Positions 46,757 to 55,276 of a DNA stretch of 64,000 nucleotides are shown here, piece by piece. Numbering within the stretch: the stretch's first letter is position 1; every line of letters starts with the position of its first letter. The stretch comes from Bdellovibrionales bacterium (GTDB taxonomy: Bacteria > Bdellovibrionota > Bdellovibrionia > Bdellovibrionales > JAGQZY01): NCBI GenBank assembly GCA_041739665.1, contig JBGSNK010000015.1:616-64615 (forward strand), read 5' to 3'. Both the position numbers and the translations under genes were made by a program. Under the pieces are notes generated by a model. It worked only from the letters and a program-made list of their open reading frames with translations. It did no database searches and was not told where the DNA came from.

Positions 46757-49744
46757 TTAGTCACTTAATTTTATTTTACGAACAATATGATTGTATGTGT
46801 CGCTCACGTACAAGTCTCCATTTGAGTCAAAGGTCAAGCCAGAGGGGTTTTGCAAAGTGGCCTCGTTGCCAGGAATACCTTCTTGGGAAAAATCAAAAGG
46901 CGAGCCCGCCCCAGGGGTGGCTTCGTTGCGGCCCGCTACGGTTTTTAAAATTCCGGTCGAGGTATCCATGCAACGGACATTATGGCGCCCTGCCTGAGCA
47001 TAGCAAAGGCTATTTTCATGGAGAGCTAAGCCGATAGGAGTGTTACAGCGAGAGGATGTTGCCAAAATATTTTCTGCCGTACTCCCCGCAGTTCCCCCCA
47101 TACATGCAATAACTGCAATATGATTGGGATTCACCGTAACAGTCCCAATTTGTCGACTGACAGCACTTCTGTTCCAGTACCAAATATGATGATTCACACT
47201 ATCCGAGATAAAAAGGTTACCATGGCTGTCAATAGCCACATCACGCGGACGATTAAATTGAGCACTTCCCTCTGGCACATTTAGACCTGGGTTACCGGCC
47301 GTTCCACAGTCCCCCACGGCTGTAGTCAACTCTCCAGTGCTATCCACATGGCGAATGCAATGATTCAAAGAATCCACTATGAACATTTCCATTTGACCGG
47401 CGTTATTAAAAAATTTTGCAGAGTTTGGATATGTCAGCTGGGCTGCTAATGCAGGTCCCTCTGGGCCATCGCCAGCGCCAGAAACCCAATTACCTGCAAT
47501 CGTAGAGACTCGATTGTCTTGTAAGAATTGACCAAAGTAGGATTGATCCGAGCCACTGCGGTTCCATATACGAACATTGTGCCCATAAGAGTTGAGCTGT
47601 AAAAGGGATCCGTCCTCCCAAATATCAAATCCGTTTAGATAAGAGTTCGTTGTGTTAAAATTACTGCGTATTCGAGTGCTATTGGGAAACTCGTTATCGG
47701 GTATGGGATCTCCAGCAGTTATCGATCCGACAGCAGTTTTGACAAGACCATAACGATCAAGCACACGGACTCTATGATTATTTTGATCTGCTACAAATAA
47801 GAGTTGGTTCTGATTATCAAATGCCAAACCGGTTGGAAAATTTAAGAGGTGTTGAGAAGTCGGAAGTTCAAAGTCTCCCATATTCCCATTTTTTCCGACC
47901 CCAGAGCCCAAAAAATCTGTCACTTGGGCTGTCGACACATTGATATCGCGAAGTCTAAAATTATTATAATCAGCTATAATGACACGTTCTGGATTTAAAA
48001 TATCTAGAGATAAATGATAAGGGCTACTGAATCGAGTGGCGTTCACACCTGCCGTGGTTCCATTATAGCCAGCCGTGTTGCTATTGATCCGACCCATTTG
48101 ACCTGCCACAATTGTTAGGCCGTCAATATTGATATCCACACCAGAATTGTTGGCTGCGACAATATGGCTGCGTTGTTGTCCAGAAATATAGATAACATCA
48201 TCTGGACTCACCGAGATTCCCGAGGGTCTAGCGACCGGAGCACTCAAGGGATCTGCACTAGCAGGTGTGTTTCCGTTCCCTCCATTGCCGACAATGGTGG
48301 CCATAAGACCAGGCCCCACAGTTATCTCATCGGGGTTACCTGACCAAAATGTTTTAGGAACAAGACTCGTGTTGATAAAGCGAACACGCCTCTGGTCCCA
48401 CAGGGTGATGTAAATCCCATCGTCATTGGTAAATAGACCATAGGCCTGACCTGTCCCTCCCGATGTGGGTGCCACATTGTTTCCATTTGTATTGTTGGCA
48501 CCCGTTCCGGCAACTGTATAGGCCTGATCCGAACTTAAATCCCAACGTTTGACTCTATGGTCGGTATAGCAAGTCACGTAAAGTTGGTCGTTACGAAGTG
48601 AAATTCCATTTGGATTGCGGCAACGATGGGTGAAAGCCGAGGCTCCATCCACATGAGATGTGCCTCCTCCCATTCCAATAAAGACGACCCCAGAGCTATT
48701 TACGTATTTCACTGTGTGACTGGACCATTCGGATATAAAAAGTCGATCCGAGCCACCATCATACCAAAGACCTCTTGGGCCATTTAAAGCAGACTCTAGA
48801 GCAGAAAGACCTGCACTTCCACTAGCAGCTTCCCCTGTACCTGCGACAACTTGAATAACGCCTGCGGGGATCACTCGCCCAATACGACTCACTGGATTTG
48901 CAGTATTATTCCAGTACCAAACAACATTATTATCCAAATCAGAAATAAAGAAGTTCCCAAGACTGTCTTGAAAGTGACTGATTGGACGAAAACGCAATGG
49001 AAAATCAACATTTGTTGGAGAAAAACCGCTTCCTTTGTTTGCAGAACCAACGACAGTACAAATCTCTCCTGTCTCAAGTTCATTGCAAGCTTGAGGAAAA
49101 AAATTGACTTCCACATCCCAAGAGTGGCTAGCCGTTTGAGTGCCATCGTCGACTTCAACAGTAACAGTATTGAGTCCGACTATACTCTCGTGTCCGGTGA
49201 GTTGTGCACTGCTTGTTGTCCCCAGCAAATGAGTGGAAGTCGCTCCATTTAATAACCATCGGTAGTTTAAGCTATCATTATTGGGATCCGAGGCCACAGC
49301 ATTTAAACTTAAAGTCGATCCCACAGATATTTTTTGTTGACCCTCTTGCTGACCAGATACTACAGGTGGTCCATTCACTTTTATTTCCCAAGTGTTTGAG
49401 ATCGTTGCCTGATCATCAGAGAGGGTGGCAATAAGAGTATGATTGCCAATGTTTTCTTCGAGACCAATGAAGGTGAAATCATTGATAGCATTGACAAGAG
49501 CCCCATCAAGAGTCCAGGAATAAGTTACAGTTCTGGGAAAAACGGCCACACCTGTAATAAAAAATTCCTGACTCTCTCCAATTTCAACAATGACCTGACC
49601 TTGATCCGGAATGCGACTCGTGATTTCAAGCTCTGTGGCATTGGTCGGTCCACCACCGCCAGTTAATATATTAAGAGAGGTGCTTCCGTCCTGTTTACAG
49701 GACAAAAGCAAAAATGCCCCCAAATATAAAGCTAAAAATCTCAT
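46757..49744 (-). CDS. Large lipoprotein: N-terminal Ig-like domains plus multiple NHL-repeat beta-propeller blades (paralog 2)
   Basis: Lipobox ..FLLLSC. Collinear with paralog 1 along its whole length, and about two-thirds identical by eye over the first ~110 aligned residues. Same NHL motifs (FNRPRDVAIDSHGNLFISDSVNHHIWYW). Confidence 0.8.
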   Translation of the reverse strand: MRFLALYLGAFLLLSCKQDGSTSLNILTGGGGPTNATELEITSRIPDQGQVIVEIGESQEFFITGVAVFPRTVTYSWTLDGALVNAINDFTFIGLEENIGNHTLIATLSDDQATISNTWEIKVNGPPVVSGQQEGQQKISVGSTLSLNAVASDPNNDSLNYRWLLNGATSTHLLGTTSSAQLTGHESIVGLNTVTVEVDDGTQTASHSWDVEVNFFPQACNELETGEICTVVGSANKGSGFSPTNVDFPLRFRPISHFQDSLGNFFISDLDNNVVWYWNNTANPVSRIGRVIPAGVIQVVAGTGEAASGSAGLSALESALNGPRGLWYDGGSDRLFISEWSSHTVKYVNSSGVVFIGMGGGTSHVDGASAFTHRCRNPNGISLRNDQLYVTCYTDHRVKRWDLSSDQAYTVAGTGANNTNGNNVAPTSGGTGQAYGLFTNDDGIYITLWDQRRVRFINTSLVPKTFWSGNPDEITVGPGLMATIVGNGGNGNTPASADPLSAPVARPSGISVSPDDVIYISGQQRSHIVAANNSGVDINIDGLTIVAGQMGRINSNTAGYNGTTAGVNATRFSSPYHLSLDILNPERVIIADYNNFRLRDINVSTAQVTDFLGSGVGKNGNMGDFELPTSQHLLNFPTGLAFDNQNQLLFVADQNNHRVRVLDRYGLVKTAVGSITAGDPIPDNEFPNSTRIRSNFNTTNSYLNGFDIWEDGSLLQLNSYGHNVRIWNRSGSDQSYFGQFLQDNRVSTIAGNWVSGAGDGPEGPALAAQLTYPNSAKFFNNAGQMEMFIVDSLNHCIRHVDSTGELTTAVGDCGTAGNPGLNVPEGSAQFNRPRDVAIDSHGNLFISDSVNHHIWYWNRSAVSRQIGTVTVNPNHIAVIACMGGTAGSTAENILATSSRCNTPIGLALHENSLCYAQAGRHNVRCMDTSTGILKTVAGRNEATPGAGSPFDFSQEGIPGNEATLQNPSGLTFDSNGDLYVSDTYNHIVRKIKLSD

Positions 49745-49839
49745 CTAGTGGCTTCCTCTTATAGATAACTATCGGAGAATTGATATGAGAACTAAAATGC
49801 TATCTATCCATAAATATTTCTTATATATTGAGCAGCTTC

Positions 49840-49859
49840 TATAAGACACTAGTCTTATA
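49840..49859. promoter_or_regulatory. Perfect palindrome TATAAGAC-ACTA-GTCTTATA in the divergent control region
   Basis: 8-bp arms with a 4-bp spacer, in the 187-bp gap between the NHL paralog 2 start (49744, -) and the PEGA/TPR lipoprotein start (49932, +). Confidence 0.35.
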
Positions 49860-49931
49860 ATTAGACTCTTGTCCTGTAAAGAAAATCAGTAACTTATGTC
49901 GAAAGAGAACTATCAAATAGGAGTTTTTAAA

Positions 49932-50558
49932 ATGATGAAGACAATTCTAGTTCTCCTTTTTCTCAACTCGTTAATTGCTTCTTGCACAAGTATGCAGATG
50001 AAAATTGAGTCTGAGCCATCCGAGGCCACAGTTTATCTAAAAGATGGACAAAAAATTAAAAAAATTGGCGTCACACCTCTCAATATTAACAGTGAACAAT
50101 ATAACGATGTTGAAAATTTCCATTTAAGAATAGAAAAAGAGGGTTACAAATCCCATGAAATTATTGTCGATAAGCGGTCTGTCACAAGTCGAGCTAAAAT
50201 TTTTGCATCAATGAATAAAATGGATTTAGAAAACAATGCTTCAAATAACGCTAGCACAGGTAGCTCTAATCCAATTTCACTTATTCAAGCTCAGCAACAT
50301 CGCGGGCTCGCTAGTATTCAATCACTTTTATTACAAAGCCAATACGCCCAAGCAGAAGTGATAGCACGACAATTCGTTGTCGAAAATCCATTCTCTTCAG
50401 TGGGCTGGAGTCTTTTAGGAAACGCTTACCTTTTGCAAAACAAAAGTTCATTGGCCTTAGAAGCCTACCAAAAATCCTTGGAATACGAACCTGAAAACGA
50501 AGACACTCGACGCATTGTCGAACGTCTTAAAAATGACACTCCAAAAAGGAGTCGATAG
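49932..50558 (+). CDS. Lipoprotein with a PEGA domain and C-terminal TPR repeats
   Basis: AGGAG upstream of the ATG at 49932. Lipobox LIASC. PEGA pattern (IESEPSEATVYLKDG..GVTPL..). TPR-like GWSLLGNAYLLQNKSSLALEAYQKSLEYEP. Confidence 0.7.
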   Translation: MMKTILVLLFLNSLIASCTSMQMKIESEPSEATVYLKDGQKIKKIGVTPLNINSEQYNDVENFHLRIEKEGYKSHEIIVDKRSVTSRAKIFASMNKMDLENNASNNASTGSSNPISLIQAQQHRGLASIQSLLLQSQYAQAEVIARQFVVENPFSSVGWSLLGNAYLLQNKSSLALEAYQKSLEYEPENEDTRRIVERLKNDTPKRSR

Positions 50559-51350
50559 ATGTACAATTTTATTGGCTTTATAATATCAATCGCATTCGTA
50601 AAGTTTGCCCTTGGTCACCTCAGTGTCAACACTAGCTTTTTTGTTGACGTTGTCGCTTTGTTAGTTGTTTTTGGTGGCACTTTCGGTGTCATGGTGATTT
50701 CGTTTCCGCCCAAATTTTTATTTCGATTTTTTACAGCACCAATGAAAATGATAGTCTCCAAAAGTCCCAACTTTGTTCAAGCGATAGAGTCACTAATTAA
50801 GGCTTTGCAAGACGATAAAGATCGCAAACACAACTTAAAGAAACTGAGCGAGCAAAAAAATACCGATACATTTTTAAAAGAGGGTATCGAGCTCTATTTA
50901 ATGGATATGCCCCTTAAAGACTTTAAAAATATTATGACAGAAAGAATTTATCGATCTCGGCAAAGAGAAGAGGATAATATCAACCTTTTTCGTCGTTTGG
51001 CTAAGTATCCACCGGCTTTTGGATTGGTTGGAACGGTTTTGGGTCTAATCAGTCTGATGCGGTCTGTTGGTGAAGGCGCAAATGCATCTACAATTGGTTT
51101 GAATATGGCTCTTGCCTTAACAGCCACTCTTTACGGTTTGGCCTTTTCAAATTTTGTACTAGCTCCTATTGCTGAAAACTTTCAAAGTGTCGCAGATGAG
51201 AAAAAGGTATTTCAGGAGTTGTTACTTGAGGGACTTCTCCTTTGTTATGATGGCTCGTCACCTCTCACAGTTCAAGAGATGCTCAACTCGTACGTCGAAC
51301 CTCACAAACGAATAGATATATTAGGTGTTAATCAAAAGGAATCTGCATAA
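50559..51350 (+). CDS. motA: MotA/PomA-type proton-channel stator protein
   Basis: Starts directly after the upstream TAG. 2+2 TM helices with a long charged cytoplasmic loop. AKYPPAFGLVGTVLGLI and LYGLAFSNFVLAPIAENF contain the conserved MotA prolines. Confidence 0.8.
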   Translation: MYNFIGFIISIAFVKFALGHLSVNTSFFVDVVALLVVFGGTFGVMVISFPPKFLFRFFTAPMKMIVSKSPNFVQAIESLIKALQDDKDRKHNLKKLSEQKNTDTFLKEGIELYLMDMPLKDFKNIMTERIYRSRQREEDNINLFRRLAKYPPAFGLVGTVLGLISLMRSVGEGANASTIGLNMALALTATLYGLAFSNFVLAPIAENFQSVADEKKVFQELLLEGLLLCYDGSSPLTVQEMLNSYVEPHKRIDILGVNQKESA

Positions 51351-52073
51351 GTGGAACACAATAAACTGCGCAACATTCAAAGCTCAGAAGAAGTTGAAAA
51401 CAACTGGGCGATTAGCTATGGAGATATGATTACCCTCCTACTTGGCTTTTTTGTTATCTTCTTTAATATTAAGAATGAAACAATGAATTTGCAGCTAGTT
51501 CATAAAGATATCACCAAGTATTTTGAGACAAGCGATGGTCGAGGTCCTTCGGCCATTGCAGGTACGGGCGGCAAAGAACAACAACGCCCTGGAACTCTCA
51601 CTGAAACAATTGCAGCAAAATTAAAAGTGAAAGCAAATATCGATGGCGAAAAAATAATCATAGAGTTTCCCAATACTAGCTTCTTTGATTCCTCAGCTTA
51701 TGAGCTCAATGAAACTGGAAAAGCGGCTTTAACAGAGTTTTCCAATGCCATCAAAGATCACTTAGGATTATTTAGACTTGTTGTGCGAGGGTACACAGAC
51801 ATTAAACCCGTCAACCCTGGTGCGCGCTATAAGGACAATCTAGAGCTTTCTGCCTTTCGATCCATTTCTGCTATTCGCTACCTGGCTAACCAAGGTATTC
51901 GCATGGAAAATATGAGAATTGCAGGTTTTGGAGAATCCTCTATGAGCCGTGAGAGCTTGGACGTCAAAGATTTAAGCCAACAACGGAAAGTTGTAATTGT
52001 TATTGAACCTCTGGATCACACCGAGCGAGCATTTAACAAGTTAATGGACAATAAAACTGAGGTGACTCAATGA
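51351..52073 (+). CDS. motB: MotB-type stator protein with an OmpA-like peptidoglycan-binding domain
   Basis: GTG immediately after the motA stop. WAISYGDMITLLLGFFVIFF (channel Asp in a MotB-like TM). C-terminal OmpA-like region (F.SSAYEL.., LVVRGYTD, NLELSAFRSISAIRYL, GFGES). Confidence 0.8.
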   Translation: MEHNKLRNIQSSEEVENNWAISYGDMITLLLGFFVIFFNIKNETMNLQLVHKDITKYFETSDGRGPSAIAGTGGKEQQRPGTLTETIAAKLKVKANIDGEKIIIEFPNTSFFDSSAYELNETGKAALTEFSNAIKDHLGLFRLVVRGYTDIKPVNPGARYKDNLELSAFRSISAIRYLANQGIRMENMRIAGFGESSMSRESLDVKDLSQQRKVVIVIEPLDHTERAFNKLMDNKTEVTQ

Positions 52074-53740
52074 AATATCTAGTCCTTTTGATATCTCTTT
52101 TACTTGTCGCGCCCGTGCATGCATCTCGGGTGATTGAGATTGAAGACTATTACTCAAATAAGGTCACAGACTTTATTAAATCGCGCTACCCTCGTGTTGC
52201 ATTTTCAATTTCTGTCAAAGCAATCGTCGAAGAAGAGGTTAACAACAGAAATCAAAAGCAAGACACTCTAGCTCTACCCTATATGGATGGTATGGAATCA
52301 AAGGCTATTGGTTTTTGGGAACAAAAAGACATTCCATTGGGTACTTTAATTTCATATGTGAAAAGTATTTCAGTAAAAGTTGATATTGACAGAAATTTTA
52401 CATTAGAAGAAATTCAACAGTTTAAATCAGAAATGAGTGAATATTTAAAACTCTCAGATGTTTATGACCGTTTAGAAATAAGCCAAAGACAATGGCAAAG
52501 CCCTTGGTCTATTGAAAATAGTGGAAACCAAATCGTCCTCATAATGATTGGTATCCTTCTTTTAGCTATTGTCTTTTTTGTGGTTTTCCAAAGTGGGATC
52601 CGAAGCCTTATTAAGGGCCTTGCACAACCTCTTAGCGAAATTGGAAAATCTGCTGAGAACGTTGCCAACACGGCTTCCGCTGTTCGCCCCTCTTCTAATA
52701 ATTCTCAGTCTGGTTTTGCTGGCTCTAACTCACAACACCTGGATGTCCAAAATTCCAAGCAAATTATCTCTGAAATCAAAATGATGTCGTCCTTTATTGG
52801 CAATCCAAATCCTGACTTAATCCGTAAAATCGAGAAATTGGGTCAAGAAGATCCACAGGCGATGGGTGCTCTTTTAAAAGAAGTAGAAGTTGAAGATTTA
52901 AAGTCTTTAGTTTCATGGGGACGTGGCGAATGGTGGAGACAAGCCATTACACAACCTGGCTCTCTATCTGAGAATTCCTTTCGCTTTTTTAATGAAATAA
53001 CAACTCTCTCAAGAAAGAGTCAGTTGTTACCTAATAATAGTGAATTTGATGACTTCCAAAAAATTATTGCAAGACTCAGTATCAAAGAGTTTGGTCAGTT
53101 GTTGGAAGGTGCTAGCTTTGAACAAGCAGAGCCTATTTTAAGGCTGACTCCGCAAGAAGTTCGAGTCTCTGTAGGTAAATATTTGTACCCCGGCCAGTGG
53201 GCACAGTTGCTCAAAGATTCAGGAAAAGGTAAAAAATCCGTGCTTTTGGCCGATGTAAAGAAAAAATACAGCGATAAAGCGCTGAAGATATGTCCATTGA
53301 TAGAAAGTGAGCTCATTGAACAGTATTTCGAGGACGCTGAGATGGTCTCTTTCCTAGATCACAATTCAACAAAAGATGAACGAGAAGTTTACCGAGCCTT
53401 GGATGAGACTTCATGGATCAAACAAAATAGACGCCCCTTCTATAGTATTCTTCAAGAAGACAAAAATATCCTAGAGAAACTAGTTTCAGAAACTCATTTA
53501 GATCAGTGGGCTTTAGCATTTACATGCTGCGATTCAGATGAACAAGAACAACTTTTGGTTTTATTTACAGAAAGACAAAGATTTTTATTAAAGAATGCTA
53601 AAAAACAGTATCTTTTACAGCCACCACAACAGCAAGATGTGGCCTTTGCTAAAAGAGAAATCATAAATATTTGCAATCAAATTAAACAGTTTGAAAAGAG
53701 CTATCCGAGTGCTGAAATCAATAATGAAATTGCTGCTTAA
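52070..53740 (+). CDS. Bitopic membrane protein: signal peptide plus periplasmic FliF/YscJ-like domain, one TM, cytoplasmic FliG-like (middle + C-terminal) domain
   Basis: ATGA overlap with motB. TM IVLIMIGILLLAIVFFVVF followed by basic residues. DLIRKIEKLGQEDPQAMGALL resembles the FliG ..DLIRDEHPQIIA.. region. ..ILEKLVSETHLDQWALAFTCCDSDEQEQLLVLFTERQRFLL.. resembles the FliG C-domain ..IQRLLQEVDSESLLIALKGA...REKFLRNMSQRAADIL. Confidence 0.5.
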   Translation: MKYLVLLISLLLVAPVHASRVIEIEDYYSNKVTDFIKSRYPRVAFSISVKAIVEEEVNNRNQKQDTLALPYMDGMESKAIGFWEQKDIPLGTLISYVKSISVKVDIDRNFTLEEIQQFKSEMSEYLKLSDVYDRLEISQRQWQSPWSIENSGNQIVLIMIGILLLAIVFFVVFQSGIRSLIKGLAQPLSEIGKSAENVANTASAVRPSSNNSQSGFAGSNSQHLDVQNSKQIISEIKMMSSFIGNPNPDLIRKIEKLGQEDPQAMGALLKEVEVEDLKSLVSWGRGEWWRQAITQPGSLSENSFRFFNEITTLSRKSQLLPNNSEFDDFQKIIARLSIKEFGQLLEGASFEQAEPILRLTPQEVRVSVGKYLYPGQWAQLLKDSGKGKKSVLLADVKKKYSDKALKICPLIESELIEQYFEDAEMVSFLDHNSTKDEREVYRALDETSWIKQNRRPFYSILQEDKNILEKLVSETHLDQWALAFTCCDSDEQEQLLVLFTERQRFLLKNAKKQYLLQPPQQQDVAFAKREIINICNQIKQFEKSYPSAEINNEIAA

Positions 53741-54284
53741 AGCAATTCTTATTTCATTTATAATCCCCACTTGGGCTTTTGCTGGCCAAGGGCAGGTGAC
53801 AGCCAAGCTAGGTACTTGGGCCTTTGATGTATCGGGCAATAGCAGTTCTGCTGAATCGGCTTCTGGTATTGGAGCTTATGCCTTTGAAGTGGGTTATAGT
53901 TTTTTTCCGCAAATTATGGTTGTCTTTGGATTTAACCTTGTTATGAGCGAGCTGGTTTCAGGAAGTGCAGGTTACGGTCTGGATCTTGGGGCCCGTTACT
54001 ATCCCCTATCTGATTCGGGCACTTACCAACAATCTACAGATTTTACAGACATCACGATTCAAGAAAAATGGCGTCCCTATATAGGCTTGGCCATGCGTCA
54101 GCGTCTTTTTGGTCTAGCCCTGTCGACCAGCTATTTTGGTCCTGGAATCAGTTTAGGTTTGGATTACTCTCTCACTTCAAAATGGTTGCTCACTTCAGAA
54201 CTTCGCTATGATTATCTTTATGGCCAAGGTGATACTTTGGCCGTCCAAACAAATATATTATTTGGTTTTGGCCTAGAGTTCTGA
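53724..54284 (+). CDS. Small outer-membrane beta-barrel protein
   Basis: Signal MKLLLKAILISFIIPTWAFA. Alternating-hydrophobic strands and a C-terminal ..LFGFGLEF (terminal Phe). 17-nt overlap with the upstream gene. Confidence 0.65.
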   Translation: MKLLLKAILISFIIPTWAFAGQGQVTAKLGTWAFDVSGNSSSAESASGIGAYAFEVGYSFFPQIMVVFGFNLVMSELVSGSAGYGLDLGARYYPLSDSGTYQQSTDFTDITIQEKWRPYIGLAMRQRLFGLALSTSYFGPGISLGLDYSLTSKWLLTSELRYDYLYGQGDTLAVQTNILFGFGLEF

Positions 54285-54423
54285 CTTAAAGCTGATCCAT
54301 CAATATTTGCATGATCACTCACTTTTTACTATATTCAACGACAGTCCATAGCACCGGACAAACAGCCTATTTAAGAGTGGCGAGATTTTTGTAAAATTCC
54401 TAATTCACAAAAGGAGATATATT

Positions 54424-54747
54424 GTGAGCAATCGTCGCCTGGTTTGGTCCGATGAAGACGGAGATCAGCGTAAAAATAAAATGACTACAGAAACAGTTGT
54501 GAATATGAAGGGACTTGAGCTCAAAGTGCGTCGGCTGACTTCTGGCAAAGGTCGAACTGTCGTTGAGATCAGTGACCTGCCGAACAACAAAAAATGGTGC
54601 CAAGAACTTGCACGAGATCTAAAGAAAAAACTCGGCGTTGGAGGATCGTACAAGGACGCCTATATTGAAATTCACGGCGAGAAACTCGATGCAGTAACCC
54701 AGTTCCTCGATAGCAAACAGCTCAAATGGAAAAAGATCGGCGGCTAA
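54424..54747 (+). CDS. yciH: SUI1/eIF1-family translation factor (YciH-like)
   Basis: GTG start after AAGGAG. ..RRLTSGKGRTVVEISDL.....LARDLKKKLGVGGS......IEIHGE... is the SUI1 fold signature. Confidence 0.8.
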   Translation: MSNRRLVWSDEDGDQRKNKMTTETVVNMKGLELKVRRLTSGKGRTVVEISDLPNNKKWCQELARDLKKKLGVGGSYKDAYIEIHGEKLDAVTQFLDSKQLKWKKIGG

Positions 54748-54858
54748 AGGTCCGGGCCGGCACAGGTGTTGCTCTTTATCAGTCCTGAAGCCCTATTGGG
54801 CCCAAGACTGGGACAAAATGACTCACTTTTAGGGCCCTCTGAGACAAAGGAGTGAAGA

Positions 54859-55260
54859 ATGTCTAAACCAATCCGCGATTTCATGACCCCCATGCCCCAC
54901 ACCATTGGACAAGATATTGAGATAGGTAAAGCCAAGGACATGATGGCTGAATACGGCTGTCACCATTTGCCAGTCCTAAACGGCGGTCATTTGGTCGGAA
55001 TTGTAAGCGATACAGATATCCGCACTTTGAAAAAAATAGCCGATTCAGACAGCTTAAAAGTAGAGGATATCATGACTGAAGATCCAGAAATTGTCCCACC
55101 CCACAAAGACGTCTTCCAGGTGGCGATGCTTATGCACCAAAAGAAGATCGGAAGTGTTATTGTGTCAGCTAGCGATGATTCTCCATGGGGCATATTCACC
55201 GCCACTGATGCTCTACGATATTTGACTGAAGACAAACATTTAAATCTTAATACACTTTAA
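54859..55260 (+). CDS. CBS-pair domain protein
   Basis: Two CBS motifs (..HHLPVLNGGHLVGIVSDTDI.. and ..IGSVIVSASDDSPWGIFTATD..). Confidence 0.8.
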   Translation: MSKPIRDFMTPMPHTIGQDIEIGKAKDMMAEYGCHHLPVLNGGHLVGIVSDTDIRTLKKIADSDSLKVEDIMTEDPEIVPPHKDVFQVAMLMHQKKIGSVIVSASDDSPWGIFTATDALRYLTEDKHLNLNTL

Positions 55261-55276
55261 CAAAAAAGGAGTGTTT

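Noticed and set aside
50559-52073. The MotA/MotB homologs could be the ZorA/ZorB pair of a Zorya anti-phage system.
   Set aside because: The MotA-like protein is only 263 aa and has no long ZorA tail. No ZorC/ZorD-type (helicase or nuclease) genes follow. The neighbours are envelope proteins instead.
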